A stretch of 64,000 bases of DNA from contig OZ024744.1 of NCBI GenBank assembly GCA_964016885.1, positions 15,252,001 through 15,316,000 on the forward strand. The letters run 5' to 3'. A program made the translations under genes and the position numbers. Source of the stretch: Eledone cirrhosa (lineage: Eukaryota). The notes under the pieces are model-generated. The model was not told where the DNA came from, did no database searches, and worked only from the letters and a program-made list of their open reading frames with translations. This document shows positions 34,541 through 53,379 of the stretch, one piece after another (positions within the stretch are counted from its first letter, which is position 1; every line of letters begins with the position of its first letter).

Positions 34541-37500
34541 CACACACACATATACACTCTCTCACACACACACATATACACTCTCTAAGACACACACACA
34601 TATACACTCTCACACACACATATACACTCTCTCTCTCACACACATATACACTCTCTCACACACACACATATACACTCTCTCACACACATATACACTCTCA
34701 CACACACACATATACACTCTCTCACACACACACATACACTCTCTCAGAGACACATATACACTCTCTCACACACACATATACACTCTCACACACACACATA
34801 TACACTCTCTCACACACACATATACATGCTCGCACACACATATACACTCTCTAACACACACACATATACACTCTCACACACACACATATACACTCTCTCA
34901 CACACACATATACACTCTCACACACATATATAGACTCTCTCACACACACATATACACTCTATCACACACACACATACACTCTCTAATACACACCCACATA
35001 TACACTCTCACACACACACATATACACTCACTCTCTCACACACATATACACTCTCTCACACACATATACACTCTCTCACACACACATATACACTCTCTCA
35101 CAGACACACATATACACTCTCACACACACACACACACACACATACTCTCTCTCACACACATATACCCTCTCTCACACACACGCATATACACTCTCTCACA
35201 CACACATATACACTCTCTCACATACACACATATACACTCTCACACACACATACACTCTCTCTCACACACACATATACACTCTCTCACACACACATATACA
35301 CTCTCACACACGCACACATATACACTCTCTCACACACACATATACAATCACTCTCACACACACATATACACTCTCACACACACACATGCACTCTCTCTAT
35401 CACTCACACATATACACTCTCACAGACACACATATACACTCTCTCTCTCACACACAGATACACTCTCTCACACACCCATATAGTCTCTCACACACACATA
35501 TACACTCTCTCTCTCACAGACATATACACTCTCTATCACACACATATACACTCTCTTACACACACATATACACTCTCTCACACACACATATATACTCTCA
35601 CACACACACATATACACTCTCTCACACACACATATACACTCTCTCACACACACACATATACACTCTTTCACACACACACATATACACTCTCTCACACACA
35701 CACATATACACTCTCTCACACAGATATATACACTCTCTCTCTCACACACACACATATACACTCTCACACACACATATACACTCTCTCACACACACATATA
35801 CACTCTCTCACATACACACATATACACTCTCACACACACACATATACACTCTCTCTCGCACACACATATACACTTTTTCACACACACATATATACTCTCA
35901 CACACGCACACATATACACTCTCTCACACACACATATACACTCTCTCACACACACATATACACTCACTCTCACACACACATATACACTCTGTCTCTCACA
36001 CACATATACAATTTCTCACACACACACATACACTCTCTCACACACACACATATACACTCTCACACACACACACATACACTCTCTAACACACACACACATA
36101 TACACTCTTACACACACATATACACTCTCTCTCTCACACATATACACTCTCTCTCACACACATATACACTCTCTCAGACACACACATATACACTCTCTCT
36201 CACACATATACACTCTCTCTCTCACACATATACACTCTCTCACACACACATATATACACTTTCACACACACACACACATACTCTCTCTCACACACATATA
36301 CCCTCTCTCACACACACATATACACTCTCTCTCACACACATATACACTCCCTCACACACACATATACACTCTCTCACACACACATATACAATCTCACACC
36401 CACATATACACTCTCACACACACACACATACACTCTCTCACACACACACACATATACACTCTCTCACACACACATATGCACTCCCTCACACACACATATA
36501 CACTCTCACACACATATACACTCTCACACACACACATATACACTCTCTCTCACACACATATACACTCTCTCACACACACACATATACACTCTCACACACA
36601 CACATATACACTCTCTCTCTCACACACATGTACACTCTCACACACACACACATACAGTCTCTCTCTCACACACATATACACTCTCTCACACACACATATA
36701 CACTCTCTCGCACACACATATACACTCTCTCACACACACATATATACACTCTCACACACACACACACATACTCTCTCTCACACACATATACCCTCTCTCA
36801 CACACACATATACACTCTCCGTCACACACATATACACTCCCTCACACACACATATACACTCTCTCACACACACATATACACTCTCACACACACACATATA
36901 CACTCTCACACACACATATACACACTCTCTCTCACACACATATACACTCTCTCACACACACACATACACTCTCTCACACACACACATATACACTCTCACA
37001 CACACACATATACACTCTCTCACACACACATACACTCTCTAACACACACACACACATACACTCTCACACACACATATACACTCTGTCTCTCACACACATA
37101 TACACTCTCTCACACACACACATACACTCTCTCACACACACACATATACACTCTCACACACACACACTCTCTAACACACACACACATATACACTCTCACA
37201 CACACATATACACTCTCTCTCTCACACATATACACTCTCTCTCACACACATATACACTCTCTCAGACACACACATATACACTCTCTCTCACACATATACA
37301 CTCTCTCTCTCACACATATACACTCTCTCACACACACATATACACTCTCACACACACACATATACACTCTCTCACACACACACATATACACTCTCTCTCT
37401 CTCTCACACACATATACACTCTCTCACACACACACATATACACTCTCCCACACACACATATACACTCTCTCACACACACACATACACTCTCTCAGAGACA

Positions 37501-40500
37501 CCGATATATACTCTCTCACACACACATATACACTCTCTCACACACACATATACACTCTCTCACACACACATATACTCTCACACACACATATACACTCTCT
37601 CTCTCACACATTCACTCTCTCTATCACACACACATATACACTCTCTCTCTCACACACATACACTCTCTAATACACACACATATACACTCTCACACACACA
37701 CATATACACTCTCTCACACACACACATATACACTCTCTCACACACACATATACACTCTCTCACACACACATACACTCTCTAACACACACACATATACACT
37801 CTCACACACACATATACACTCTCACACACACACATATACACTCTCTCACACACACATATACACTCTCACAGACACACATATACACTCTCTCTCTCACACA
37901 CATATACACTCTCTCACACACCCATATACAGTCTCTCACACACACATATACACTCTCTCTCTCACAGACATATACACTTTCTATCACACACATATACACT
38001 CTCTTACACACACATATACACTCTCACACACACACATATATACTCTCACACACACACATATACACTCTCTCACACACACATATACACTCTCTCACACACA
38101 CACATATACACTCTTTCACACACACACATATACACTCTCTCACGCACACACATATACACTCTCTAAGACACACACAAATATACACTCTCACACACACATA
38201 TACACTCTCTCTCTCACACACATATACACTCTCTCACACACACACATATACACTCTCTCACACACATATACACTCTCACACACACACATATACACTCTCT
38301 CACACACACACATACACTCTCTCAGAGACACATATACACTCTCTCACACACACATATACACTCTCACACACACACATATACACTCTCTCACACACACATA
38401 TACATGCTCGCACACACATATACACTCTCTAACACACACACATATACACTCTCACACACACACATATACACTCTCTCACACACACATATACACTCTCACA
38501 CACATATATAGACTCTCTCACACACACATATACACTCTATCACACACACACATACACTCTCTAATACACACCCACATATACACTCTCACACACACACATA
38601 TAACTCACTCTCTCACACACATATACACTCTCTCACACACATATACACTCTCTCACACACACATATACACTCTCTCACAGACACACATATACACTCTCAC
38701 ACACACACACACACACACATACTCTCTCTCACACACATATACCCTCTCTCACACACACGCATATACACTCTCTCACACACACATATACACTCTCTCACAT
38801 ACACACATATACACTCTCACACACACATACACTCTCTCTCACACACACATATACACTCTCTCACACACACATATACACTCTCACACACGCACACATATAC
38901 ACTCTCTCACACACACATATACAATCACTCTCACACACACATATACACTCTCACACACACACATGCACTCTCTCTATCACTCACACATATACACTCTCAC
39001 AGACACACATATACACTCTCTCTCTCACACACATATACACTCTCTCACACACCCATATAGTCTCTCACACACACATATACACTCTCTCTCTCACAGACAT
39101 ATACACTCTCTATCACACACATATACACTCTCTTACACACACATATACACTCTCTCACACACACATATATACTCTCACACACACACATATACACTCTCTC
39201 ACACACACATATACACTCTCTCACACACACACATATACACTCTCTCACACACACATATACACTCTCTCACACACACACATATACACTCTTTCACACTCAC
39301 ACATATACACTCTCTCACACACACACATATACACTCTCTCACACACACACAAACATGTACACTCTCACACACACATATACACTCTCTCACACACACATAT
39401 ACACTCTCTCACATACACACATATACACTCTCACACACACACATATACACTTTCTCTCTCACACACATATACACTCTCTCACACACACATATACACTCTC
39501 ACACACGCACACATATACACTCTCTCACACACACATATACACTCTCACACACACACATATACACTTACTCTCTCACACACATATACACTCTCTCACACCC
39601 ACACATATACACTCTCTCGCACACACATATACAATCTCACACCCACATACACACTCTCACACACACACACATACACTCTCTCACACACACACATATATAC
39701 ACTCTCTCACACACACACATGCACTCCCTCACACACACATATACACTCTCACACACACAATATACACTCTCTCTCACACACATATACACTCTCTCACACA
39801 CACACATATACACTCTCACACACACACATATACACTCTCTCTCTCACACACATATACCCTCTCTCACACACACACATATACACTCTCTCACACACACATA
39901 TACACTCCCTCACACACACATATACACTCTCTCACACACACATATACACTCTCACACACACACATATACACTCTCACACACGCATATACACACTCTCTCT
40001 CACACACATATACACTCTCTCACACACACACATACACTCTCTCACACACACACACATACACTCTCACACACACACATATACACTCTCACACACACACATA
40101 CACTCTCTAAGACACACACACATATACACTCTCACACACACATATACACTCTCTCTCACACACATATACACTCTCTCACACACACACATATACACTCTCT
40201 CACACACATATACACTCTCACACACACACATATACACTCTCTCACACACACACATACACTCTCTCAGAGACACATATACACTCCCTCACACACACATATA
40301 CACTCTCACACACACACATATACACTCTCTCACACACACATATACATGCTCGCACACACAGATACACTCTCTAACACACACACATATACAATCTCACACA
40401 CACACATATACACTCTCACACACACACATATACACTCTCTCACACACACATATACACTCTCACACACATATATAGACTCTCTCACACACACATATACACT

Positions 40501-43500
40501 CTATCACACACACACATACACTCACTAATACACACACACATATACACACTCACACACACACATATACACTTACTCTCTCACACACATATACACTCTCTCA
40601 CACACACATATACACTCTCTCACACACACATATACACTCTCTCACAGACACACATATACACTCTCACACACACACACACACACACACATACTCTCTCTCA
40701 CACACATATACCCTCTCTCACACACACACATATACACTCTCTGACACACACATATACACTCCCTCACACACACATATGCACTCTCTCACACACACATATA
40801 CACACTCACACACACACATATGCACTCTCTCTCTCACACACATATACACTCTCTCACACACACACATATACACTCTCACACACACATATATACACTCTCT
40901 CACACACACATATACACTCTCTCACACACATATACACTCTCTCACACATACATATACACTCTCTCTCTCACACATGCACTCTCTCTATCACACACATATA
41001 TACACTCTCACACACACACATATACACTTTCTCACACACATATACACTCTCACACACACACATATACACTCTCTCACACACACACATACACTCTCACACA
41101 CACATATACACTCTCTCACACACATATACACTCTCTATCACACACATATATACTCTCTCTCACACGCATATACACTCTCTCTCTCACATATATATATACA
41201 CTCTCTATCACACACATATACACTCTCTCATACACATATATACACTCTCTCTCTCACACACACATATACACTCTCTCACACACACATATACACTCTCACA
41301 CACACACACATACTCTCTCACACACACATATACACTCTCACACACACACATATACACTCTCTCTCTCACACACATTTACACTCTGTCACACACACATATA
41401 CACTCTCAGACACACATATACACTCTCTCACACACACATATACACTCTCTCTCACACACATATACACTCTCTCACACACACATATACACTCTCACACACA
41501 CACATATACACTCTCACACACACACATATACACTCTCTCACACACACATATACACTCTCTCACACACACATACACCCTCTCACACACACACATATACACT
41601 CTCACACACACACATATACACTCTCTCTATCACACATGCACTCTCTCTATCACACACACAGATACACTCTCACAGACACACATATACACTCTCTCTCTCT
41701 CACACATATACACTCTCTCACACACACATATACACTCTCTCTCACACACATATACACTCTCACACACACATATATACTCTCACGCACACACATATACACT
41801 CTCTCACACACACACATATACACTCTCTCACACACACACATACTCTCTCACACACACACATATACACTCTCTCACACACATATACACTCTCTCACACACA
41901 CATATACACTCTCACACACACACACATACACTCTCTCACACATACATATACACTCTCTCACACACACATATAAACTCTCTCTCTCTCACACATGCACTCT
42001 CTCTATCACTCACACATATACACTCTCACAGACACACATATACACTCTCTCACACACCAATATACACTCTCTCACACACACATATATACTCTCTCACACA
42101 CACATATACACCCTCTCTCTCACAGACATATACACTCTCTATCACACACATATTCACTCTCATACACACACATATACACTCTCTCTCACACACATATATA
42201 CTCTCACACACACACACATACACTCTCTCACAGACACATATACACTCTCTCACACACACACATATACACTCTCTCACACACACACATATACACTCTCTCA
42301 CACACATATATACACTCTCTCTCTCACACACACACATATACACTCTCACACACACATATACACTCTCTCACACACACATATACACTCTCTCACATACGCA
42401 GATATACACTCTCACACACACACATATACACTCTCTCTCACACACATATACACTCTCACACACGCACACATATACACTCTCTCACAAACACATATACACT
42501 CTCTCACACCCACACATATACACTCTCTCGCACACACATATACAATCTCACACCCACATATACACTCTCACACACACACACATACACTCTCTCACACACA
42601 CACATATATACACTCTCTCACACACACACATATGCACTCCCTCACACACACATATACACTCTCACACACACATATACACTCTCACACACACACATATACA
42701 CTCTCTCTCACACACATATACACTCTCTCACACACACACATATACACTCCCTCACACACACATATACACTCTCACACACACATATACACTCTCACACACA
42801 CACATATACACTCTCTCTCACACACATATACACTCTCTCACACACACACATATACACTCTCACACACACACATATACACTCTATCTCTCACACACATATA
42901 CCCTCTCTCACACACACACATATACACTCTCTCACACACACATATACACTCCCTCACACACACATATACACTCTCTCACACACACATATACACTCTCACA
43001 CACACACATATACACTCTCACACACGCATATACACATTCTCTCTCACACACATATACACTCTCTCACACACACACATACACTCTCTCAGAGACACATATA
43101 CACTCTCTCACACACACATATACACTCTCACACACACACATATACACTCTCTCACACACACATATACACGCTCGCACACACAGATACACTCTCTAACACA
43201 CACACATATACACTCTCAAACACACACATATACACTCTCACACACACACATACACACTCTCTCACACACACATATACACTCTCACACACATATATAGACT
43301 CTCTCACAGACACATATACACTCTATCACACACACACATACACTCTCTAATACACACACACATATACACTCTCACACACACACATATACACTCACACTCT
43401 CACACACATATACACTCTCTCACACACACATATACACTCTCTCACACACCCATATACAGTCTCTCACACACACATATACACTCTCTCTCTCACAGACATA

Positions 43501-46500
43501 TACACTCTCTATCACACACATATACAGTCTCTTACACGCACATATACACTCTCTCACACACACATATATACTCTCACACACACACATATACACTCTCTCA
43601 CACACACATATACACTCTCTCACACACACACATATACACTCTTTCACACACACACATATACACTCTCTCACACACACATATACACTCTCACACACGCACA
43701 CATATACACTCTCTCACACACACATATACACTCTCACACACACACATATACACTCACTCTCTCACACACATATACACTCTCTCACACCCACACATATACA
43801 CTCTCTCGCACACACATATACAATCTCACACCCACATATACACTCTCACACACACACACATACACTCTCTCACACACACACACATATACACTCTCTCACA
43901 CACACACATATGCACTCCCTCACACACACATATACACTCACACACACATATACACTCTCACACACACACATATACACTCTCTCACACACACACATATACA
44001 CTCCCTCACACACACATATACACTCTCACACACACATATACACTCTCACACACACACATGCACTCTCTCTATCACTCACACATATACACTCTCACAGACA
44101 CACATATACACTCTCTCTCTCACACACATATACACTCTCTCACACACCCATATACAGTCTCTCACACACACATATACACTCTCTCTCTCACAGACATATA
44201 CACTTTCTATCACACACATATACACTCTCTTACACACACATATACACTCTCACACACACACATATATACTCTTTCACACACACACATATACACTCTCTCA
44301 CACACACACATATACACTCTCTAAGACACACACACATATACACTCTCACACACACATATACACTCTCTCTCTCACACACATATACACTCTCTCACACACA
44401 CACATATACACTCTCTCACACACATATACACTCTCACACACACACATATACACTCTCTCACACACACACATACACTCTCTCAGAGACACATATACACTCT
44501 CTCACACACACATATACACTCTCACACACACACATATACACTCTCTCACACACACATATACATGCTCGCACACACATATACACTCTCTAACACACACACA
44601 TATACACTCTCACACACACACATATACACTCTCTCACACACACATATACACTCTCACACACATATATAGACTCTCTCACACACACATATACACTCTATCA
44701 CACACACTCATACACTCTCTAATACACACCCACATATACACTCTCACACACACACATATACACTCACTCTCTCACACACATATACACTCTCTCACACACA
44801 TATACACTCTCTCACACACACATATACACTCTCTCACAGACACACATATACACTCTCACACACACACACACACACACATACTCTCTCTCACACACATATA
44901 CCCTCTCTCACACACACGCATATACACTCTCTCACACACACATATACACTCTCTCACATACACACATATACACTCTCACACACACATACACTCTCTCTCA
45001 CACACACATATACACTCTCTCACACACACATATACACTCTCACACACGCACACATATACACTCTCTCACACACACATATACAATCACTCTCACACACACA
45101 TATACACTCTCACACACACACATGCACTCTCTCTATCACTCACACATATACACTCTCACAGACACACATATACACTCTCTCTCTCACACACAGATACACT
45201 CTCTCACACACCCATATAGTCTCTCACACACACATATACACTCTCTCTCTCACAGACATATACACTCTCTATCACACACATATACACTCTCTTACACACA
45301 CATATACACTCTCTCACACACACATATATACTCTCACACACACACATATACACTCTCTCACACACACATATACACTCTCTCACACACACACATATACACT
45401 CTTTCACACACACACATATACACTCTCTCACACACACACATATACACTCTCTCACACAGATATATACACTCTCTCTCTCACACACACACATATACACTCT
45501 CACACACACATATACACTCTCTCACACACACATATACACTCTCTCACATACACACATATACACTCTCACACACACACATATACACTCTCTCTCGCACACA
45601 CATATACACTTTTTCACACACACATATATACTCTCACACACGCACACATATACACTCTCTCACACACACATATACACTCTCTCACACACACATATACACT
45701 CACTCTCACACACACATATACACTCTGTCTCTCACACACATATACAATTTCTCACACACACACATACACTCTCTCACACACACACATATACACTCTCACA
45801 CACACACACATACACTCTCTAACACACACACACATATACACTCTCACACACACATATACACTCTCTCTCTCACACATATACACTCTCTCTCACACACATA
45901 TACACTCTCTCAGACACACACATATACACTCTCTCTCACACATATACACTCTCTCTCTCACACATATACACTCTCTCACACACACATATATACACTTTCA
46001 CACACACACACACATACTCTCTCTCACACACATATACCCTCTCTCACACACACATATACACTCTCTCTCACACACATATACACTCCCTCACACACACATA
46101 TACACTCTCTCACACACACATATACAATCTCACACCCACATATACACTCTCACACACACACACATACACTCTCTCACACACACACACATATACACTCTCT
46201 CACACACACATATGCACTCCCTCACACACACATATACACTCTCACACACATATACACTCTCACACACACACATATACACTCTCTCTCACACACATATACA
46301 CTCTCTCACACACACACATATACACTCTCACACACACACATATACACTCTCTCTCTCACACACATGTACACTCTCACACACACACACATACAGTCTCTCT
46401 CTCACACACATATACACTCTCTCACACACACATATACACTCTCTCGCACACACATATACACTCTCTCACACACACATATATACACTCTCACACACACACA

Positions 46501-49500
46501 CACATACTCTCTCTCACACACATATACCCTCTCTCACACACACATATACACTCTCCGTCACACACATATACACTCCCTCACACACACATATACACTCTCT
46601 CACACACACATATACACTCTCACACACACACATATACACTCTCACACACACATATACACACTCTCTCTCACACACATATACACTCTCTCACACACACACA
46701 TACACTCTCTCACACACACACATATACACTCTCACACACACACATATACACTCTCTCACACACACATACACTCTCTAACACACACACACACATACACTCT
46801 CACACACACATATACACTCTGTCTCTCACACACATATACACTCTCTCACACACACACATACACTCTCTCACACACACACATATACACTCTCACACACACA
46901 CACTCTCTAACACACACACACATATACACTCTCACACACACATATACACTCTCTCTCTCACACATATACACTCTCTCTCACACACATATACACTCTCTCA
47001 GACACACACATATACACTCTCTCTCACACATATACACTCTCTCTCTCACACATATACACTCTCTCACACACACATATACACTCTCACACACACACATATA
47101 CACTCTCTCACACACACACATATACACTCTCTCTCTCTCTCACACACATATACACTCTCTCACACACACACATATACACTCTCTCACACACACATATACA
47201 CTCTCTCACACACACACATACACTCTCTCAGAGACACCGATATATACTCTCTCACACACACATATACACTCTCTCACACACACATATACACTCTCTCACA
47301 CACACATATACTCTCACACACACATATACACTCTCTCTCTCACACATTCACTCTCTCTATCACACACACATATACACTCTCTCTCTCACACACATACACT
47401 CTCTAATACACACACATATACACTCTCACACACACACATATACACTCTCTCACACACACACATATACACTCTCTCACACACACATATACACTCTCTCACA
47501 CACACATACACTCTCTAACACACACACATATACACTCTCACACACACATATACACTCTCACACACACACATATACACTCTCTCACACACACATATACACT
47601 CTCACAGACACACATATACACTCTCTCTCTCACACACATATACACTCTCTCACACACCCATATACAGTCTCTCACACACACATATACACTCTCTCTCTCA
47701 CAGACATATACACTTTCTATCACACACATATACACTCTCTTACACACACATATACACTCTCACACACACACATATATACTCTCACACACACACATATACA
47801 CTCTCTCACACACACATATACACTCTCTCACACACACACATATACACTCTTTCACACACACACATATACACTCTCTCACGCACACACATATACACTCTCT
47901 AAGACACACACAAATATACACTCTCACACACACATATACACTCTCTCTCTCACACACATATACACTCTCTCACACACACACATATACACTCTCTCACACA
48001 CATATACACTCTCACACACACACATATACACTCTCTCACACACACACATACACTCTCTCAGAGACACATATACACTCTCTCACACACACATATACACTCT
48101 CACACACACACATATACACTCTCTCACACACACATATACATGCTCGCACACACATATACACTCTCTAACACACACACATATACACTCTCACACACACACA
48201 TATACACTCTCTCACACACACATATACACTCTCACACACATATATAGACTCTCTCACACACACATATACACTCTATCACACACACACATACACTCTCTAA
48301 TACACACCCACATATACACTCTCACACACACACATATAACTCACTCTCTCACACACATATACACTCTCTCACACACATATACACTCTCTCACACACACAT
48401 ATACACTCTCTCACAGACACACATATACACTCTCACACACACACACACACACACATACTCTCTCTCACACACATATACCCTCTCTCACACACACGCATAT
48501 ACACTCTCTCACACACACATATACACTCTCTCACATACACACATATACACTCTCACACACACATACACTCTCTCTCACACACACATATACACTCTCTCAC
48601 ACACACATATACACTCTCACACACGCACACATATACACTCTCTCACACACACATATACAATCACTCTCACACACACATATACACTCTCACACACACACAT
48701 GCACTCTCTCTATCACTCACACATATACACTCTCACAGACACACATATACACTCTCTCTCTCACACACATATACACTCTCTCACACACCCATATAGTCTC
48801 TCACACACACATATACACTCTCTCTCTCACAGACATATACACTCTCTATCACACACATATACACTCTCTTACACACACATATACACTCTCTCACACACAC
48901 ATATATACTCTCACACACACACATATACACTCTCTCACACACACATATACACTCTCTCACACACACACATATACACTCTCTCACACACACATATACACTC
49001 TCTCACACACACACATATACACTCTTTCACACTCACACATATACACTCTCTCACACACACACATATACACTCTCTCACACACACACAAACATGTACACTC
49101 TCACACACACATATACACTCTCTCACACACACATATACACTCTCTCACATACACACATATACACTCTCACACACACACATATACACTTTCTCTCTCACAC
49201 ACATATACACTCTCTCACACACACATATACACTCTCACACACGCACACATATACACTCTCTCACACACACATATACACTCTCACACACACACATATACAC
49301 TTACTCTCTCACACACATATACACTCTCTCACACCCACACATATACACTCTCTCGCACACACATATACAATCTCACACCCACATACACACTCTCACACAC
49401 ACACACATACACTCCTCACACACACACATATATACACTCTCTCACACACACACATGCACTCCCTCACACACACATATACACTCTCACACACACAATATAC

Positions 49501-52500
49501 ACTCTCTCTCACACACATATACACTCTCTCACACACACACATATACACTCTCACACACACACATATACACTCTCTCTCTCACACACATATACCCTCTCTC
49601 ACACACACACATATACACTCTCTCACACACACATATACACTCCCTCACACACACATATACACTCTCTCACACACACATATACACTCTCACACACACACAT
49701 ATACACTCTCACACACGCATATACACACTCTCTCTCACACACATATACACTCTCTCACACACACACACATACACTCTCTCACACACACACACATACACTC
49801 TCACACACACACATATACACTCTCACACACACACATACACTCTCTAAGACACACACACATATACACTCTCACACACACATATACACTCTCTCTCTCACAC
49901 ACATATACACTCTCTCACACACACACATATACACTCTCTCACACACATATACACTCTCACACACACACATATACACTCTCTCACACACACACATACACTC
50001 TCTCAGAGACACATATACACTCCCTCACACACACATATACACTCTCACACACACACATATACACTCTCTCACACACACATATACATGCTCGCACACACAG
50101 ATACACTCTCTAACACACACACATATACAATCTCACACACACACATATACACTCTCACACACACACATATACACTCTCTCACACACACATATACACTCTC
50201 ACACACATATATAGACTCTCTCACACACACATATACACTCTATCACACACACACATACACTCACTAATACACACACACATATACACACTCACACACACAC
50301 ACATACACTTACTCTCTCACACACATATACACTCTCTCACACACACATATACACTCTCTCACACACACATATACACTCTCTCACAGACACACATATACAC
50401 TCTCACACACACACACACACACACATACTCTCTCTCACACACATATACCCTCTCTCACACACACACATATACACTCTCTGACACACACATACTCACACCA
50501 TCACCTCACACACATATGCTCTCACACACATATACACTCTCACACACACACATATGCACTCTCTCTCTCACACACATATACACTCTCTCACACACACACA
50601 ATCATTATACACTCTCACACACACAACACTCTCTCACACACACATATACACTCTCTCACACACATATACACTCTCTCACACATACATATACACTCTCTCT
50701 CTCACACATGCACTCTCTCTATCACACACATATATACACTCTCACACACACACATATACACTTTCTCACACACATATACACTCTCACACACACACATATA
50801 CACTCTCTCACACACACACATACACTCTCACACACACATATACACTCTCTCACACACATATACACTCTCTATCACACACATATATACTCTCTCTCACACG
50901 CATATACACTCTCTCTCTCACATATATATATACACTCTCTATCACACACATATACACTCTCTCATACACATATATACACTCTCTCTCTCACACACACATA
51001 TACACTCTCTCACACACACATATACACTCTCACACACACACACATACTCTCTCACACACACATATACACTCTCACACACACACATATACACTCTCTCTCT
51101 CACACACATTTACACTCTGTCACACACACATATACACTCTCAGACACACATATACACTCTCTCACACACACATATACACTCTCTCTCACACACATATACA
51201 CTCTCTCACACACACATATACACTCTCACACACACACATATACACTCTCACACACACACATATACACTCTCTCACACACACATATACACTCTCTCACACA
51301 CACATACACCCTCTCACACACACACATATACACTCTCACACACACACATATACACTCTCTCTATCACACATGCACTCTCTCTATCACACACACAGATACA
51401 CTCTCACAGACACACATATACACTCTCTCTCTCTCACACATATACACTCTCTCACACACACATATACACTCTCTCTCACACACATATACACTCTCACACA
51501 CACATATATACTCTCACGCACACACATATACACTCTCTCTCACACACACATATACACTCTCTCACACACACACATACTCTCTCACACACACACATATACA
51601 CTCTCTCACACACATATACACTCTCTCACACACACATATACACTCTCACACACACACACATACACTCTCTCACACATACATATACACTCTCTCACACACA
51701 CATATAAACTCTCTCTCTCTCACACATGCACTCTCTCTATCACTCACACATATACACTCTCACAGACACACATATACACTCTCACACACACCAATATACA
51801 CTCTCTCACACACACATATATACTCTCTCACACACACATATACACCCTCTCTCTCACAGACATATACACTCTCTATCACACACATATTCACTCTCATACA
51901 CACACATATACACTCTCTCTCACACACATATATACTCTCACACACACACACATACACTCTCTCACAGACACATATACACTCTCTCACACACACACATATA
52001 CACTCTCTCACACACACACATATACACTCTCTCACACACATATATACACTCTCTCTCTCACACACACACATATACACTCTCACACACACATATACACTCT
52101 CTCACACACACATATACACTCTCTCACATACGCAGATATACACTCTCACACACACACATATACACTCTCTCTCACACACATATACACTCTCACACACGCA
52201 CACATATACACTCTCTCACAAACACATATACACTCTCTCACACCCACACATATACACTCTCTCGCACACACATATACAATCTCACACCCACATATACACT
52301 CTCACACACACACACATACACTCTCTCACACACACACACATATACACTCTCTCACACACACACATATGCACTCCCTCACACACACATATACACTCTCACA
52401 CACACATATACACTCTCACACACACACATATACACTCTCTCTCACACACATATACACTCTCTCACACACACACATATACACTCCCTCACACACACATATA

Positions 52501-53180
52501 CACTCTCACACACACATATACACTCTCACACACACACATATACACTCTCTCTCACACACATATACACTCTCTCACACACACACATATACACTCTCACACA
52601 CACACATATACACTCTATCTCTCACACACATATACCCTCTCTCACACACACACATATACACTCTCTCACACACACATATACACTCCCTCACACACACATA
52701 TACACTCTCTCACACACACATATACACTCTCACACACACACATATACACTCTCACACACGCATATACACATTCTCTCTCACACACATATACACTCTCTCA
52801 CACACACACATACACTCTCTCAGAGACACATATACACTCTCTCACACACACATATACACTCTCACACACACACATATACACTCTCTCACACACACATATA
52901 CACGCTCGCACACACAGATACACTCTCTAACACACACACATATACACTCTCAAACACACACATATACACTCTCACACACACACATACACACTCTCTCACA
53001 CACACATATACACTCTCACACACATATATAGACTCTCTCACAGACACATATACACTCTATCACACACACACATACACTCTCTAATACACACACACATATA
53101 CACTCTCACACACACACATATACACTCACACTCTCACACACATATACACTCTCTCACACACACATATACACTCTCTCACA
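33690..53180 (+). repeat. Near-identical tandem duplication, 2 x ~9.735 kb (~33690-43425 / ~43426-53180)
   Basis: ORF pairs 34174/43910, 35386/45122, 36476/46212, 37802/47538, 38024/47760, 38963/48699, 39355/49091 (offset 9736) and 41992/51726, stop 43196/52930 (9734); only scattered differences. Confidence 0.96.
34350..39225 (+). repeat. Internal duplication within the 9.7 kb unit (~34350-35640 / ~37860-39225; recurs at +9736)
   Basis: ctaagac 34587/38165, tacatgctcg 34823/38401, cassette ATG 35386/38963 (offset 3577-3578); both copies contain a (CA)11 run. Confidence 0.85.
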
Positions 53181-53379
53181 CACACATATACACTCTCTCA
53201 CAGACACACATATACACTCTCACACACATACTCTCTCTCACACACATATACCCTCTCACACACCAACATATACACTCTCTGACACACACATATACACTCC
53301 CTCACACACACATATGCACTCTCTCACACACACATATACACTCTCACACACACACATATGCACTCTCTCTCACACACAC

